Shown: one piece after another, positions 38,983-39,127 of the stretch
Layout: every line of letters begins with the position of its first letter
Position numbering within the stretch: the first letter of the stretch is position 1
From: Syntrophales bacterium
Lineage (GTDB): Bacteria; Desulfobacterota; Desulfobaccia; Desulfobaccales; 0-14-0-80-60-11
Direction of reading: 5' to 3'
Length of the DNA stretch: 39,127 nt
Assembly: GCA_028688935.1 (NCBI GenBank)
Contig: JAQTXE010000003.1
Span: 1 to 39,127 of the forward strand
The notes under the pieces: model-generated
The model's input: only the letters and a program-made list of their open reading frames with translations
What the model was told of the DNA's origin: nothing
Databases searched by the model: none
Program-made: the position numbers and the translations under genes

Positions 38983-39127
38983 CGACAATCTATCCTCGAT
39001 CCAGCCGCCGCCCAGGAGGCGGTCTTCCTGGTAGAAGGCCACGGCCTGGCCCGGGGCTACCGCGGCTTGGGCATCTCGAAGATAACCCGCACCTCTTCTG
39101 AATTTTCCGGAAAAATGCGGGCCATCA
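38980..39127 (-). CDS. mnmA: partial CDS (C-terminus): tRNA 2-thiouridine(34) synthase
   Basis: The reverse-strand frame gives ...RDAQAAVAPGQAVAFYQEDRLLGGGWIEDRLS* (stop at 38980-38982). The ..PGQ.AVFY....LGGG.I ending is characteristic of MnmA. The call rests on 48 residues only. Confidence 0.55.
   Translation of the reverse strand, partial: DGPHFSGKFRRGAGYLRDAQAAVAPGQAVAFYQEDRLLGGGWIEDRLS

Noticed and set aside
1-39127. tRNA, rRNA, tmRNA, RNase P or other classical RNA genes, and transposase or integrase genes
   Set aside because: Scanning the intergenic regions by eye showed no cloverleaf-like sequence with GTTCRANYC-type T-loops. No ORF had transposase or recombinase motifs. A proper tRNAscan/Infernal run was not possible here.

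Overview
G+C-rich chromosomal segment from a didermic (Gram-negative-type) bacterium, shown by LpxC, an Omp85/TamA-TamB pair and lipoprotein signals. The gene content looks like an anaerobic Desulfobacterota/Thermodesulfobacteriota-type genome, but that placement is a guess. Most of the window is housekeeping: moaA, metG, pfk, gpsA, gyrA, pyk, a GH57 branching enzyme, lpxC, an MtaB-like methylthiotransferase and the mnmA 3' end. Genes from 1 to 17.2 kb are almost all on the minus strand. Items beyond ordinary annotation: (1) a rhodanese gene whose catalytic-loop position carries TGA-GCC-TGA in frame, with intact rhodanese sequence continuing downstream and a hairpin at SECIS distance, making it a candidate double-selenocysteine (U-A-U) protein that the ORF track truncates. 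(2) A lower-GC insert directly upstream of gyrA, built of two small gene cassettes each bracketed by inverted CATCGGCG-type tandem arrays. It carries an MNT nucleotidyltransferase overlapping a GxxExxY/PD-(D/E)xK gene, plus an orphan with an Rx4H motif. (3) A pervasive set of short tandem arrays, mostly 7-nt units resembling cyanobacterial STRR repeats, in nearly every intergenic region, often as inverted pairs and sometimes translated into protein N-termini. GTAG-headed REP/REPIN-like palindromes are also present. (4) A clear cobalamin riboswitch with its own promoter and terminator but no B12-related cargo. (5) A ~0.95 kb A+T-rich single-gene insert with an Rx4H motif. (6) An EndoQ-like PHP nuclease fused to a UvrD-type helicase. 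(7) A Met/Lys/Gln/Pro-rich tandem-repeat secreted peptide next to a transglutaminase-like protein. All homology calls come from motif recognition by eye, since no searches were run. Many long ORFs in the track are antisense artefacts of the high G+C content.
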